The notes beneath the pieces were generated by a model. The model was not told where the DNA came from. It saw only the letters and a program-made list of their open reading frames with translations, and made no database searches. 64,000 nt of DNA from Paraspadella gotoi (Eukaryota; Animalia; Chaetognatha): assembly GCA_051294375.1 (NCBI GenBank), contig CM119264.1, forward strand, positions 23,185,955 to 23,249,954, read 5' to 3'. A program made the position numbers and the translations under genes. Below are positions 24,122 through 37,346 of this stretch, piece after piece. The first letter of the stretch is position 1, and each line of letters begins with the position of its first letter.

Positions 24122-24939
24122 TTTTCTTCGTTATCTTCACGCCACAGCGGCGAGAGTGAGAATGAGAGAGTGAGATAGAGCCGGAGATAGCGAGTGAGAG
24201 CGCAACCGCGAAAATTTGTTACCTCATTATTTTCTCAGACTCTAAATCACTTTTCTTTCCTTTTTCCTTCTTTTTTCCTTTCTTTCTCTCTTTCTCAAAA
24301 ATGGGCCGAATATGAGAAGGAATGTGAAAACCATTCGGGCGAAGGAGGAGGAGGAAGAGGAAAAGGACCCAAAGGCTAATTAGTTGCACCCTCAGTTTTT
24401 TTTAGTATGTTAAATTTGTTTTTCTTTCCTATTTTTTTTTTAAACAACTATCGCTCTTTAAGTGTAAAAATTTTAACTCTCATCCGAACATATACGGGTA
24501 AAAAAGTTACCAGTTGGTAAATCGCTATGGTTCGGAATACAGAAAATCTACACTCAACACTTGAAAATCGGTCAACCGCGACGCACCGACCTCAGCCTCG
24601 TTTCCGCGTTATTCAAAAACGCCATCTTGTTTTTCGTCAACCCCCTTTTTCCACCACATCTCTTCCACTCTCAAATGCAATCTACTTACCTACCTTTCCC
24701 TTCTCTTCTCTTTGTACGCAATTTGCTCACCCCCCCCTATTTTCACACGTGCAGGGACGCGCGACGGTTGTTTCGTGGCACCGGGCGACGATGTACGCAC
24801 GAAGTAGTATTTCCGGTCCGTCACGGCTATGAGCGAAAGAAAGAAGAAAAGAAAGAAAGAAAGAAAGAAAAAAAGAAAGAAAGAAAGAAATAGAAGAGAA
24901 GAGAAAGAAAGAAATAGAAGAGAAGAGAAAGAAAGAAAA

Positions 24940-25031
<92 letters not shown>

Positions 25032-25256
25032 AAAAAAGAAAAGAGAAGGAAAGAGAAAAGAAGAGAAAGAAAGGAAAGAAAAGAGAAAAAGAAAAGAGAG
25101 GAAAAGAGAGAGTGAAAAAAGAATCCACAAGAAATCGGGGGAAAGAAATTTTTACGAGAATTTCACCGGGAAGGTCGGACGAGGAGAGGCTCCTCTCTCA
25201 TTTATCATTTTAAATAATTGATTTAAAATGGGGGAGAAAGGAAAAGGAAGGTGGGA

Positions 25257-25290
<34 letters not shown>

Positions 25291-25455
25291 CGAACGTGTC
25301 TTGAAACTTCTTTGCAACAAGACTATTTTTACCCCAGCAATATATTCATTGAAAACTTTTTTTTCACTTGACACGAAAATGGTTTCATCGCTTAGTAATC
25401 GTAACGATCGATAGCTATTACTAATCACAATTACTAATGACAATGAATTTTGTTC

Positions 25456-28400
25456 TCAAGCTTCGATGGCTTGCTGTCGATTCTTCGGCATCCGAAACAC
25501 GAGACGGAAAGCCTCCACCACGAGACCCGGATATTTCTCTTCCACCTGGAGGATTGAACGAATTCGTTTTAGCTTAATTAAATAATCATTTAGTTAACAA
25601 AATTAACAAGATAATATTTGGTAACTTAAAAAACGCCTCAACGTCCTGCTCAAATATTAACAGCACATAGCAACATTTTGACGAAGCTACCTACTTACCC
25701 TGATGGTAATGTAAAAAGTTACCCCAAATAACAGACCCATCTCCACAACCTCTCGCGACTCGTTCGACTCACTTACTTTCTCTCCCCGCCACCCAACTGA
25801 CCTTCTTCCACTCGGGATGACCGATGACCTGATCTCCGTTCTGCGCGATGTACAACATCGACTTGGACTTAAGGTCTGGCCTCTCGTGGTTGTGGCCCAA
25901 GACGAGACAGCGGGAGACGTTTTCCACCGTCAGGTTGTGGATCATGTAGGTCTCGCAAATGTCTGGAGGTTGAAGAAAGGAAAAGTTAAGGAAGGAAACT
26001 TAAAAATACACGATGACCTTCTAAGAGCCGCTCTCCCAGAATATTAGCATATGGCCTTCTGCACGTCTGCCTTCTGTACGTCTCATCGCGCTCTTACGCG
26101 CGTACACAGGTAACAATGGCCCTTAGTTGACCATAACACCTCTTCTCGGCACCTTCAACCTCTTCCCCCACGCCCTTCTGCACCTGTCAAGAGCGGGACG
26201 TCGTATTTGTCGGCGACGACGAAGAGATCCTCGACTCTGATGTCGAGGTTGACGATCTCGCCGGTGTAGAGGTAGCGGAGGAACTCCCACAGCACGATGG
26301 GGCTGATGTTGTCGACGGCGATCTCTTGCTGCGTTGATGGATGAAAAATAGCCTGACAGTTATATATTCCGCCGGCATGGCAACAGCCTGTGATGCCCAT
26401 TGGGATGGGACATCTCACTATTGGCTTTTGGGACTTCCGACCCTCAGTGACGCCTCCTGTCACTGGCGAGGTTACCCTAGGACGGTCTCGCTATGCCAAC
26501 GAAGAGGGAAGTCGTTAGGACTGTGGAATCCACAGTGTGGATGGAGCACAACGCATGGGATGGTGCGTTCCCCCTCTGAGTCAAAGGGATTGGCTGAACG
26601 ATGGTGGATGCGAGGCGGTGTGAATATACCACACCGGTCTTATTTTTTACTATGACCGTAACTCGTAAGCATGACCATTGACCATGGACCTCACCTCAAT
26701 TTTTGACCTTACCCTCTCCGCTCACCTTGTCAGCGTAATCCTTGAACATCGTGTCGAAGACGCTGGAGCGAGAGGCGAGGACGGATCGATGGACTCGGAA
26801 CTTTTGTCCGCCTGAGGGAGAGAAGAGATTTTCTTGTTTGATGAGCTGAAATTTGGCATCCCTGGCATCGCTTGCATCGCTGGCATCTCCCACATCTCTA
26901 ACATAAGCATCGAAATGTCGCCGTTGCTGATTCATTACATTTGGTAATTGTTATTATGATAACTCGAAATGAGAAAGTCATTTCGTTTTCATATCACGTA
27001 AGATTTGTCGTTTTAGTCGTCGGTATTATTGTTCCCGTTATGGACGTCGTCGTCGTCGTCGTCATCATCATCACACCGGAAAGGAGCACGACGTCGGAGA
27101 ATTTCCCGTTATTCAACATGTTGGAGAATTCGTTGGCGAGATGGCGCTGCACGGTCTCCGTCGCCAGACTGTGGGTGGCGTTGGGGTCTTCTTTGGTCAC
27201 GTCGCTGGATAATGGTGAGCGGGGGGAGGTGTGGAATTATGGTTATCATTTCTTTTTGACATATTACAGTTAAAACGATTAACTATTTCTTTATTTAAAA
27301 AAATGTAATACAAATAATCTAGTAACTATCGTACTCGTTTAAAATAAAAATGGGTTTATCAGATCAAAAACTATTCTCAGTCAAGTTTCGGATTGCACGT
27401 TGAAATTTTTTACCAATTTTTTAAAAATATTGCCAAGTAAATCCTAAACGACCCATATCTTTTCCGTCACCAAACTATTTCTGCTCACATTCCCCTCCTC
27501 CCCATCATCCCCACGGCCTCATGCCTTTCCCCCGCCACTCACTAAGTCGACGTAAACGCCAAGTGGATCGTCAACGTGTTCTCGGGCAGCAGCGTCTCCG
27601 CGTTCTTCATGAGGTAGGCCAGCTCGATGCAGGATCCTCCGTAGGTCTTCTTGACTCTGTAGCCTCCGTGACGAACGACGTAGACGTCGACCTCCCAGTT
27701 GCGGGCGGGATGTTCGATCACGAGGTTGGGCGCGTTGGAGAGGAAGATGGAGACGTGCTCGGGACTGGCCTTGGGGGGCGTGGAAGGTTAATGGACGATG
27801 AACCGCCTTGGGTTTGTGGGGATCTTTATATTTACGTCCTAGAGCTGTTTTTACTGTTGAAATATAATTGATATTTTTTTGTCTGAAATAAGCTCAATGC
27901 TGCCGATTGGCCACGTTCGAAGAAAATTCAGTTCTATCCCATCGATTAACGAACCCAACGAACGATGCATCAAAACATTGTTGTTTCCCCCAACAAACCA
28001 CCAAGCACCCACCTTGTCCGAGTTGCAGCCCACGTAGCAGTTGAGGTACCACCTGACTTTCTCTCCGTCGTCCTTGGGCTCTGTGTAAAAGGCTGGGCTG
28101 ATCAGAGCCGCTCTGGCTGTCGCGTGGTGGCTGAAGTCCTTGATCTCCCACTCGAATTCCGTGTAGACTTTCTTGTACATCTGGACGCCGCAAGTGGCTG
28201 AAGCCGTCGGGGTGTGCTGGATGTTCTTGAAGCCTGGGAAGAGTTTTGGAGGAAGGGGGGAGTCGGGATAATGCTTGAAAGACAACCATGACGAACCCGA
28301 AAATATAAGTTATTAAAGTGAAAAAGCCATGAACTGTATGATAAGAATATTTATCTTTTGATTACATTGGAAAACTACTCCCATTAAAATCTGGTGATTG

Positions 28401-28549
28401 AATCTATTCAATCGAAAACGACTCACTCATGTGATGTAATGTAATAGGACATTTACCGTCTATCCCTCCTAATTCGACTTACCCTCAGAATGCTCGACTG
28501 TTCCCGGTCCGCCCTTCACGCCTCCGGCCATCTCGATGATTTCCGGCAT
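25456..28549 (-). CDS. MATH-BTB protein, SPOP/TDPOZ-like Cullin-3 substrate adaptor (8 exons)
   Basis: MPEIIEM...; MATH domain FEWEIKDFS..SPAFY..WYLNCY..HVSIFL..LLPENTLTI; BTB domain FSDVVLLSGGQKFRVHRSVLASRSSVFDTMF...FLRYLYTG...ADKYDV; BACK-like LTVENVS...LKSKSMLYI...YPGLVVEAF; stop at 25456-25458. Confidence 0.92.
25971..26135 (-). mobile_element. Probable older insertion with family-A ends (TATGGTC...TCTTCA) filling most of an intron
   Basis: Termini match family A, but the flanks (AGGT/ACAC) give no TSD. Confidence 0.35.
26342..26684 (-). mobile_element. 343-bp hairpin-rich insertion, TG...CA ends, 4-bp TSD TGGA, in an intron of the BTB gene
   Basis: TGGA at 26338-26341 and 26685-26688. 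At least 6 short hairpins (e.g. CAGTGAC-GCCTCCT-GTCACTG, ACTGTGG-AAT-CCACAGT, CGGTGTG-AATATAC-CACACCG). Noisy copy at ~37987-38335. Confidence 0.65.
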
Positions 28550-29871
28550 TTTGTTTCTTTCCTTTGTTTTATTCGTTTTGTTTGTTTTTGTTTGTTTCCT
28601 TCCGCGATTTTTCAAAGTTTGCGTCTTTCAAACGCCGAGTTTTTTTTTCGTTGTTTCCGATTTTGGTTTTTGTTTACAAACAAACGATGAAACAAACGCA
28701 ATAAAATCCGACGACGACAACGACTTGTTTCCCCGTTACGCACGCGCGAGACCGATAACGTCTTTTGTGCGCGCGCGACGAGAAAACGTCTCGAATCTTG
28801 AGGAAAACGCGGGCCGCCTCTGGATTATGGGCCGAGATCAACAACAACCTGAACAACCGGGTCGGCGACGACGACGAAGACGACGACGTCAAGAACAACA
28901 AGCGGACCGCGATCCCCACATTGTCGATTAAATCGGAGATCCCGGTGAAAATTGAAGTCGAGTCGAGATTGTTGCCCGCCTATTTATCAATGAAGATCAG
29001 TAAAAGTACATATTATTAACCCGATTAACCATGTTACCTGACAAATCTGAAAATTTGATTTGATTTGTTTTCATAATCCGTAACTATTTGTGATCGATCC
29101 TCATATCATTCTCTACGGGACCTCTTCTTCGCGCACAGTCAAAAAAAAAAATAGTGAAAAGGTTTTATGTCGAAGGTAGATTTTTCGGCGATGATCCAAC
29201 TTAGCGACGAAAAAAAAAGAGCGAAGCCGAAAGTGTATCAAAGTTCATTAAGTTGATGCTCGGAGCTCAAGGCTGCCGGCAGATTAAAAATGCAATGTTT
29301 ATTAAGGTAAGTATCGCGGTGAGGTGTCGTGGGCCGCAGCGTCGTCGCGTCATCAGAAGCATCTTCGTGTCATAAGCATTTATTCAATAAGTCGTGAGCA
29401 TATAAGTATTTGACATTCTGCCTTCTAATTTTCGGGCCGAGGATCATTTCAGTTTTACTTTTTTTAAAAACGTTTGACTAATGGCTACGATTTATTTCAC
29501 AATCGGGTGGGACAGTGATTCGTTTATTTGGCGTTAATGTGAGGCGGACCCAAACAACATCTGAGCGTACGGATGAAAATCTGTATCATAGTATTGATTA
29601 TTAAACGGAATTATATACAAACGATTTTGTTACTTATGAAAGCAAATTATAAGAGTACATTTAAACATTATTGACAAAAACTAATTCATGTAAAACATGT
29701 AAAACAAAACGAGTAAAACATGAAGTCATTCGTTGGCGAAGGAAAAAATGAAGAGAGAAAACAAGAGGTCGTCTTTGTCTCTTTTCTCGCCTCAAGGAGA
29801 AAGAGAGAATAAGTTGGGGAAAAAGATAATGAATTTTCACACTTCTCTCAATGAAAGAGAGAGAGAGAGAA

Positions 29872-29935
<64 letters not shown>

Positions 29936-29936
29936 G

Positions 29937-29988
<52 letters not shown>

Positions 29989-30367
29989 TCGGCATCGAAT
30001 GCACCGTCACGTCGCGGAACGCCGTTATCGTTTCGCCTTTATCGACGAATGATGACGACGAAGACGATGATGACAACAACGCTGACAACATACGTATTAC
30101 ATAGTTCTATGGTCCGTATCTCAGTATCATAATAATAATGATAATATCTGTAATTACTAATGAACTCGAAAATTATAGACATTTTCAGCATAATCATCAT
30201 CATCTTCATTATCATCATCTTCATCTTCATCATCATCATCATCATCACCATCACAACAACAACTGTGATTCATAATTCACAATCAGAATTTCACGATTCT
30301 GAATCGACGAAGACGAACGGAATTGAATCTCCTCGACGTTAATGAACGAAGGCGAAGTAGAAAACGA

Positions 30368-30392
30368 NNNNNNNNNNNNNNNNNNNNNNNNN
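30368..30392. other. Scaffold gap (25 N)
   Basis: Run of N. Confidence 1.
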
Positions 30393-33300
30393 TACCAGGC
30401 CGCCATCTGCCCTGCCGCTGCCGCCGCGACACGCCGCCGCGCAGCCGACGACGACCGACCACAACCAACAACACCGATGAGATGCGTCGAGATCGAATGA
30501 TTTATGAATTTCGGTTCGTGACTTTTCTTTCTTCTTCGAATTCGATATTCGGTCTTGATTCTCGAAGCGTCGATTCGGGGATTTCCTATCTGCGCTCATG
30601 AATCGCTATTTTGAGTCTTGCGGTGTGCTCTTATAGGAAAATGAAAGGAAGCAGGAAGGAGGAAAAAAAGAAGAGGGAAGGATGAAAGGAAGGAAGAAAG
30701 GCAGAAAGGAAGATATAGAAGAAAAGAGAGGAAAGCTCAGAAAACATTTTTTTTTTCTAAACCTAAAAGTTTTGATACTACGTCCACGACAGAAAGACAG
30801 AAAAGTCTTCAACAGGGCATAATAGGCGATAGAATAGCGTTGCACGCAACTGAAAAAGTTTTCATCTCGTTTTTCAATAATTCGGGTCAAACCGCGAAAG
30901 TTTCGTCCATTTCTCCTTCTTACTTCTCCTTTTTCTCGTTCCCCTTCTTCTCTCTTTCTTCTTCCTTCTCACCCGAAAGGAAAAAAAAATGACGGAAGTT
31001 TTATTAATGATGTTTTTTTTTTCTCGAGAAAACGCGAGGAAGAATTAAAATAGGGACAAAGGGGGTCGAGGAAGGGAGGGAGGAAGCGAGGGAGATGAAG
31101 AGGGGGAATGAAAGAGGGAAAAGTCACTCGACGGTGAATAGTGAGTCAAGTAATAAGAAGATGATTGTGAGGCGAAGGAAATTAATGGCCTTTCTTGTTG
31201 ACGTCGGGAGGAAAGTGGCGAAAGATGGGAAGTGCCACGGGGAACCTCGATTTGTGGGAACGTTTGCTGGGAAATGGGAATTGAGGGGAAGTGTGTTGAC
31301 GTTCAATTTGTAGTCAACATTAAACCGTAAACCTCGAACATCAAATTTAACGGCAGCAAATTTTTAAGGTTATGAAAAATGGAGAGCTATGATTGTTACA
31401 TGTTGTAGTTTTTTTTGTTATTATTGCCGTTTTGGTTGTCGTCGTCGTCGTCGTCGTCGTCGTCGATGTCCGCTTCAAAGCGGCGAAGGAGAAAAATACG
31501 AACTCGTCGATCAAAAGAAAAATAAGAAATTTGATTAATGAAGAAGAGGATATTGTTGGGTGAATGGACGCGGAGCGGCTGCAACGGTAGCGGCGGCGGC
31601 TGCGGCAGGCGGCGGCTGCGACGGTAGCGGCAATGGAGAAAATGGCGCTAATATCGACGATAGCACAGATGATGGTCGATGGAAGTGAGGAGGCGATGAA
31701 TCGCTCGGATCGATAAAGATGGAATGGGTCAGAACATAAATGGAAAGCGTTAGTTGACTCAACGATGGCGAAGTTGGTAAAATAAAAGAGGTTTGTTATT
31801 AGAAAGATAAGAATGGAGCTAATAATAGAAGGGGAGCGAAGAAAATAGAATGAGAATATGAGGAGCAAGAGTTAAAAGGGAAAACGTAGATATGGAGCGA
31901 AAAAGAAAGAAAAAATGAATAAAGAAAAAAGGAAGAGTTTTTATGAAAATGCCGAAAGAAAATGGGCGCGAATCCTGCTTTTATTATTTGAGCGGCTGCG
32001 TCTGTTGAAGATGGGGGGAGAGGGGGAGAGGGGGAAGGGGTGAAGAAAGGGTGGGCGCGGTGGTATATTATTATCTGAGGGGTTTGTAGGCGATAGGGGT
32101 TGGATACGTGGATATTAGGCGTAGTGAAAGTTAATACGAAAATTTTAAAAGTCAATTATGAACAACATACCATCAGTGAACATTAATTTGTAAAAAAAAT
32201 TATTTTTATGTTTTTTTAATTTTGCGTAGGCTATATTTATATATAGTACTATCCTTATAAATCGAAAATTTTCAAAATAGGCTTTTCTTAATTTTGATTG
32301 CAGATTTGAATTTCGTCAAAAAGTTGATAAAATTTTTTAAAAAATATTTTTATTAAGTGGGTTAAAAATTAAAAAAAATATATTTATATATAAAAGATAA
32401 TTTTCAGCTTAAAAATAGCTTTTTTTTAATTTTGACTCACATGAAGGAATTTTCAAAAAGAGTTATGACGAATCTAAATCTGCAAAAAAATCTTAAAAAA
32501 CTGTTTTGAAAGTTTAACATTTTATGGTTTAGTACTAAGTATAATATGCTTACTACGTAAATTGTAAAATTTATTATAATTTTTTATTATATAAATTTCA
32601 TTAGTAAAATGTTGTTCGTTCCTTATTTAGAATTTTAATCAAAGTTAAATTTAGGAATTTTTACTACGCCTTAGTGAATATAAGGTGGAGTAAAAGTTTG
32701 GGATTAAAATAAAATTTGGTGAATATAAATCTGTATTTATTTTTTTTTTTTTTTTAGTATCCAGTGGCTTATTTTTGTATTTAGTAGTTCCTCTGTATAT
32801 ATTAAAATTCAATTTTTTTTTCAAATTCTGAATACAGATTTCGATTTTTCATAATAAATTGATTAAAAAATATAAATCTTTTTAAAAAAATAGAAAAAAT
32901 ATTTTTTAAGCTGAAATTAAAATGATATTTTAACTATGTTTTTTTTATACTTTTGACCACTTTAATAAAAAAAAAATTTCAAAAAGTTACACTTTCTTTA
33001 TTCAACTTTTTTCAGGAATCCTATATTTAAAATTCAAGAATTCTTATTTTGAAAATTTATATAAAATATAGCTCAACGAGAGCCCATCGTTGAATAAATT
33101 TAAAATGAATATTATGGGTTTTTTATTACATGATCATTATGCTAATTTTTATTTTATGAAATTTTATTATTTACACATCACTCTAGTTGACATGAGTTTT
33201 TGCTGAATGGGAAAGTAAAAGAGAAAACCGACTAGACCAAAAATTCATTTTTCAATCTTTCGACGGTATATTAACTATGGGTTTTTATTTAATCAATTGT

Positions 33301-33428
33301 CAATAAAAGTTTCGATCACTTTTTTCAGAAAGGAAGAATCATTTTGTATGTTTAGTTTTGTTATATTTCACTAAGTAAATAAATTATTCTATAAATAACC
33401 GTAAACATACATTACAACGAATCGGTTG
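30393..33428 (+). repeat. ~3-kb block, copy 1 of 3 (others ~33440-36400 and ~43150-46400)
   Basis: Collinear near-identical sequence (e.g. CACCGATGAGATGCGTCGAGAT ... ATTACAACGAATCGGTTGTG) occurs three times. Confidence 0.95.
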
Positions 33429-33439
33429 TGATCTCTCTT

Positions 33440-36400
33440 CTTTGCCGCCGCCGCAGCCGACGACGACGACCACAACAACAACACCGATGAGATGCGTCGA
33501 GATCGAATGATTTATGAATTTCGGTTCGTGACTTTTCTTTCTTCTTCGAATTCGATATTCGGTCTTGATTCTCGAAGCGTCGATTCGGGGATTTCCTATC
33601 TGCGCTCATGAATCGCTATTTTGAGTCTTGGGTCGCGGTTTCTTATAGAAAATGAAAGGAACGCAGGAAGGAAGGAAAAAAAGGAAGGAAGGAAGGATGA
33701 AAGGAAGGAAGAAAGGCAGAAAGGAAGATATAAGAAAGAAAGAGAGGAAAGGCTCTCAGAAAACATTTTTTTTTTCTAAACCTAAAAGTTTTGATACTAC
33801 GTCCACGACAGAAAGACAGAAAAGTCTTCAACAGGGCATAATAGGCGATAGAATAGCGTTGCACGCAACTGAAAAAGTTTTCATCTCGTTTTTCAATAAT
33901 TCGGGTCAACCGCGAAAGTTTCGTCCATTTCTCCTTCTTACTTCTCCTTTTTCTCGTTCCCCTTCTTCTTCTCTTCTTCTTCCTTCTCCACCCGAAAAGG
34001 AAAAAAAAATGACGGAAGTTTTATTAATGATGTTTTTTTTTCTCGAGAAAAACGCGAGGAAGAATTAAAATAGGGACAAAGGGGGTCGAGGAAGGGAGGG
34101 AGGAAAGCGAGGGAGATGAAGAGGGGGAATGAAAGAGGGAAAAGGTCACTCGACGTGAATAGTGAGTCAAGTAATAAGAAGATGATTGTGAGGCGAAGGA
34201 AATTAATGGCCTTTCTTGTTGACGTCGCGGAGAAAGTGGCGAAAGATGGGAAGTGCCACGGGGAACCTCGGATTTGTGGGAACGTTTGCTGGGAAATGGG
34301 AATTGAGGGGAAGTGTGTTGACGTTCAAATTTGTAGTCAACATTAAACCGTAAACCTCGAACATATGCAATTTAACGGCAGCAAATTTTTAAGGTTATGA
34401 AAAATGGAGAGCTATGATTGTTAACATTGTTGTAGTTTTTTTTGTTATTATTGCCGTTTTGGTTGTCGTCGTCGTCGTCGTCGTCGTCGTCGATGTCCGC
34501 TTCAAAGCGGCGAAGGAGAAAAATACGAAACTCGTCGATCAAAAGAAAAATAAGAAATTTGATTAATGAAGAAGAGGATATTGTTGGGTGAATGGACGGC
34601 GGGAGCGGCTGCAACGGTAGCGGCGGCGGCTGCGGCAGCGGCGGCTGCGACGGTAGCGGCAATGGAGAAAATGGCGCTAATATCGACGATAGCACAGATG
34701 ATGGTGATGGAAGTGACGGAGCCGATGGAATCGACTCGGATCGATAAAGATGGAAATTGGTCAGAACATAAATGGAAAGCGCTTAGTTGACCTCAACGAT
34801 GGCGGAAGTTGGTAAAATAAAAAGAGGTTTGTTATTAGTAAAGATAAAGAATGGAGCTAATAATAGAAGGGGAGCGAAGAAAATAGAATGAGAATATGAG
34901 GAGCAAGAGTTAAAAGGGAAAGCGTAGATATGAGGAGCGAAAAGAAAGAAAAAATGAATAAAGAAAAAAGGAAGAGATTTTTATGAAAATCGCCGAAAGA
35001 AAAATGGGCGCGAATCCGCTTTATTATTTGAGCGGCTGCGTCTGTTGAAGGGGGGAGAGTGGGGAGAGGGGGAAAGGGTGAAGGAAAGGGTGGGCGCCGG
35101 TGGGTATATTATTATCTGGAAGCGTTGAGGGGGTTTTGAAGGCGATAGGGGTTGGATACTTGGATATTAAGGCGTAGTGAAAGTTACATACGAAAATTCT
35201 AAAACTAAATTATGAACAACATACCATCAGTGAACACTAATTTGTAAAAAAAATTAGTTTTATGTTTTTTAATTTTTGCAGTAAGCTATATTTATATATA
35301 GTACTATCCATATAAAATTTAAAAAAACTATATTTAATATATAAAAAGTTAATTTTCAGCTTAAAATATAGCTTTTTTTAATTTTTGACTCACATGAAGG
35401 AATTTTCAAAAAGAGTTATGAACGAATCTAAATCTGCAAAAAAATCTTAAAAAAAACTGTTTTGAAAGTTTAACATTTATTGGTTTAGTACTAGTATAAA
35501 TATGGCTTACTACGTAAATTGTAAAATTTATTATAAATTTTTTATAATATAAATGTTCATTAGTATAATGTTGTTCGTTCCTTACTTTAGAATTTTAATC
35601 AAGTTAAATTTAGGAATTTTACTACGCCTTAGTGAATATAAGGGTGAAGTAAAAGTTTGGGATTAAAATTTAAAATTTGGTGAATATAAATCTGTATTTA
35701 TTTTTTTTTTTTTTTTAGTATCCCAGTGGCTTATTTTTGTATTTAGTAGTTCCTCTGTATATATTTAAAATTCATTTTTTTTTTCAAATTCTGAATACAG
35801 ATTTCGATTTTCATAATATTTGATTAAAAAAAATATAAATCTTTTTAAAAAAATAGTAAAAAATATTTTTAAGCTGAAAATTAAAAATTGATATTTTAAC
35901 TATGTTTTTTTATACTTTTGACCACTTTAATAAAAAAAAATTTCAAAAAAGTTACACTTTCTTATATCAAACTTTTTTCAAAGGAAGTCAAATCCTATTT
36001 TAAAATTCAAGAATTCTTATTTTGAAATTATTATATAAAAATATAGCTCAACGCAGCCCAGTCTTGAATAACATTTAAAATGAATATTATGGGTTTTTTA
36101 TTTACATGATCATATGCTAAATTTTTATTTTATGAAATTTTATTATTTACACATCACTCTAGTGGACATGAGTTTGCTGGATGGAAAATAAAAGAGAAAA
36201 CCGACTAGACCAAAAATTCATTTTTCAATCTTTTCGACGATATATTAGCTATGGTTTTTTATTTAATCTATTGTCAATAAAAGTTTCGATCACTTTTTTC
36301 AGAAAGGAAGAATCATTTTGTATGTTTAGTTTTGTTTACTATTCACAAGTAAATAAATTATTCTATAATAACCGTAAAACATACATTACAACGAATCGGT

Positions 36401-36645
36401 TGTGGTAAAAAAATATCTTCCTCAACCAAAACAATAGTTTTGAGCAGTTTTAACGGTTTGCATTTTCAGAGAAATTTTCCGCCCATAAAATCAGACGTCA
36501 ATTAGACATCAGACTAATAAACCCTCAAAGACGAAGACGACGACGATAACGACGACGACGAAGACGAACGAAATCGTAAACCCACTCAAGCCGAACGAAG
36601 AAACAAAAAAGGCGGAGGAACTCTCTCTCCTCTCTCTCTCTTTCT

Positions 36646-36701
<56 letters not shown>

Positions 36702-37346
36702 CTTTCTTTTTGTGGACTCGTTGTTTCTCCAATGAGATTTTTTAATGGGAAGGAAAAAAAGGAAAAAATGGCGGACGAGAAAAAAGTAAATCGAGAGAGA
36801 GAATTTGGACGACGATGATGACGACGATGACGACGACGAAGAAGACGACGAGGAAGACGACGACGATGATGAAGACGATGACGTCGATGAGGAAGAAGAA
36901 CACCATAAAGATGATGATGACGAATGTAAAATTTAAATCTCACTGCTACCGAAAATGTTTAAATCAATGAAAGTTAAAAAGACAACGGTTAAATGTTTGA
37001 GAGCTCCGCCATACGCATGGATTTAATTACAATTTACAAATTTTAATTATAATATTGATTAGCGCGGCTGACATGCGCCAGCGACGATAACATGACGGTG
37101 ACAGTCACCGACGAAAATGGTGACGCCGCCGCCGCCGCCTCTGTCGCCGCCGTCGCCGTCTTTTTCGCCGCCGGAAATGGGAGTCGTTGTTGTCTTAATG
37201 GATTCTCCGGTCATTCGGCCAGAAACGAGGGGAAAAAAATTCCGGCTCCGAACTGAATGGAGTTAATTTCTTGGTTAGATCTTTTTATGTCTTTTAATTC
37301 CCTCCGAGTCTAAACGACGGAGCTCGAGAAAATTTGACAACGAGAA
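33440..37346 (+). repeat. ~3.9-kb block repeated at 43146-47339
   Basis: Collinear through to ...GAGCTCGAGAAAATTTGACAACGAGAAAA in both copies. Confidence 0.95.

Noticed and set aside
22507-25221. Long ORFs rich in FFLS/RKKE/ERER, also at 29.7-30.1, 54-58 and 61.1-61.5 kb
   Set aside because: Translations of (GAAA)n, (GA)n and (GAC)n microsatellites, not genes.
25691-25705. TACTTACC resembling the U1 snRNA 5' end
   Set aside because: No U1 stem-loops or Sm site follow; it is simply the reverse complement of a splice-donor-like GGTAAGTA.
26395-26440. GGAAGTCCC on the minus strand resembling RNase MRP/P CR-I
   Set aside because: The only possible CR-V partner is about 25 nt away and the other conserved regions are missing. 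There is also no CCCTAA telomerase template.
28600-29320. Possible divergent plus-strand gene upstream of the BTB gene
   Set aside because: Only low-complexity ORFs and isolated donor-like sites; no consistent exon chain.
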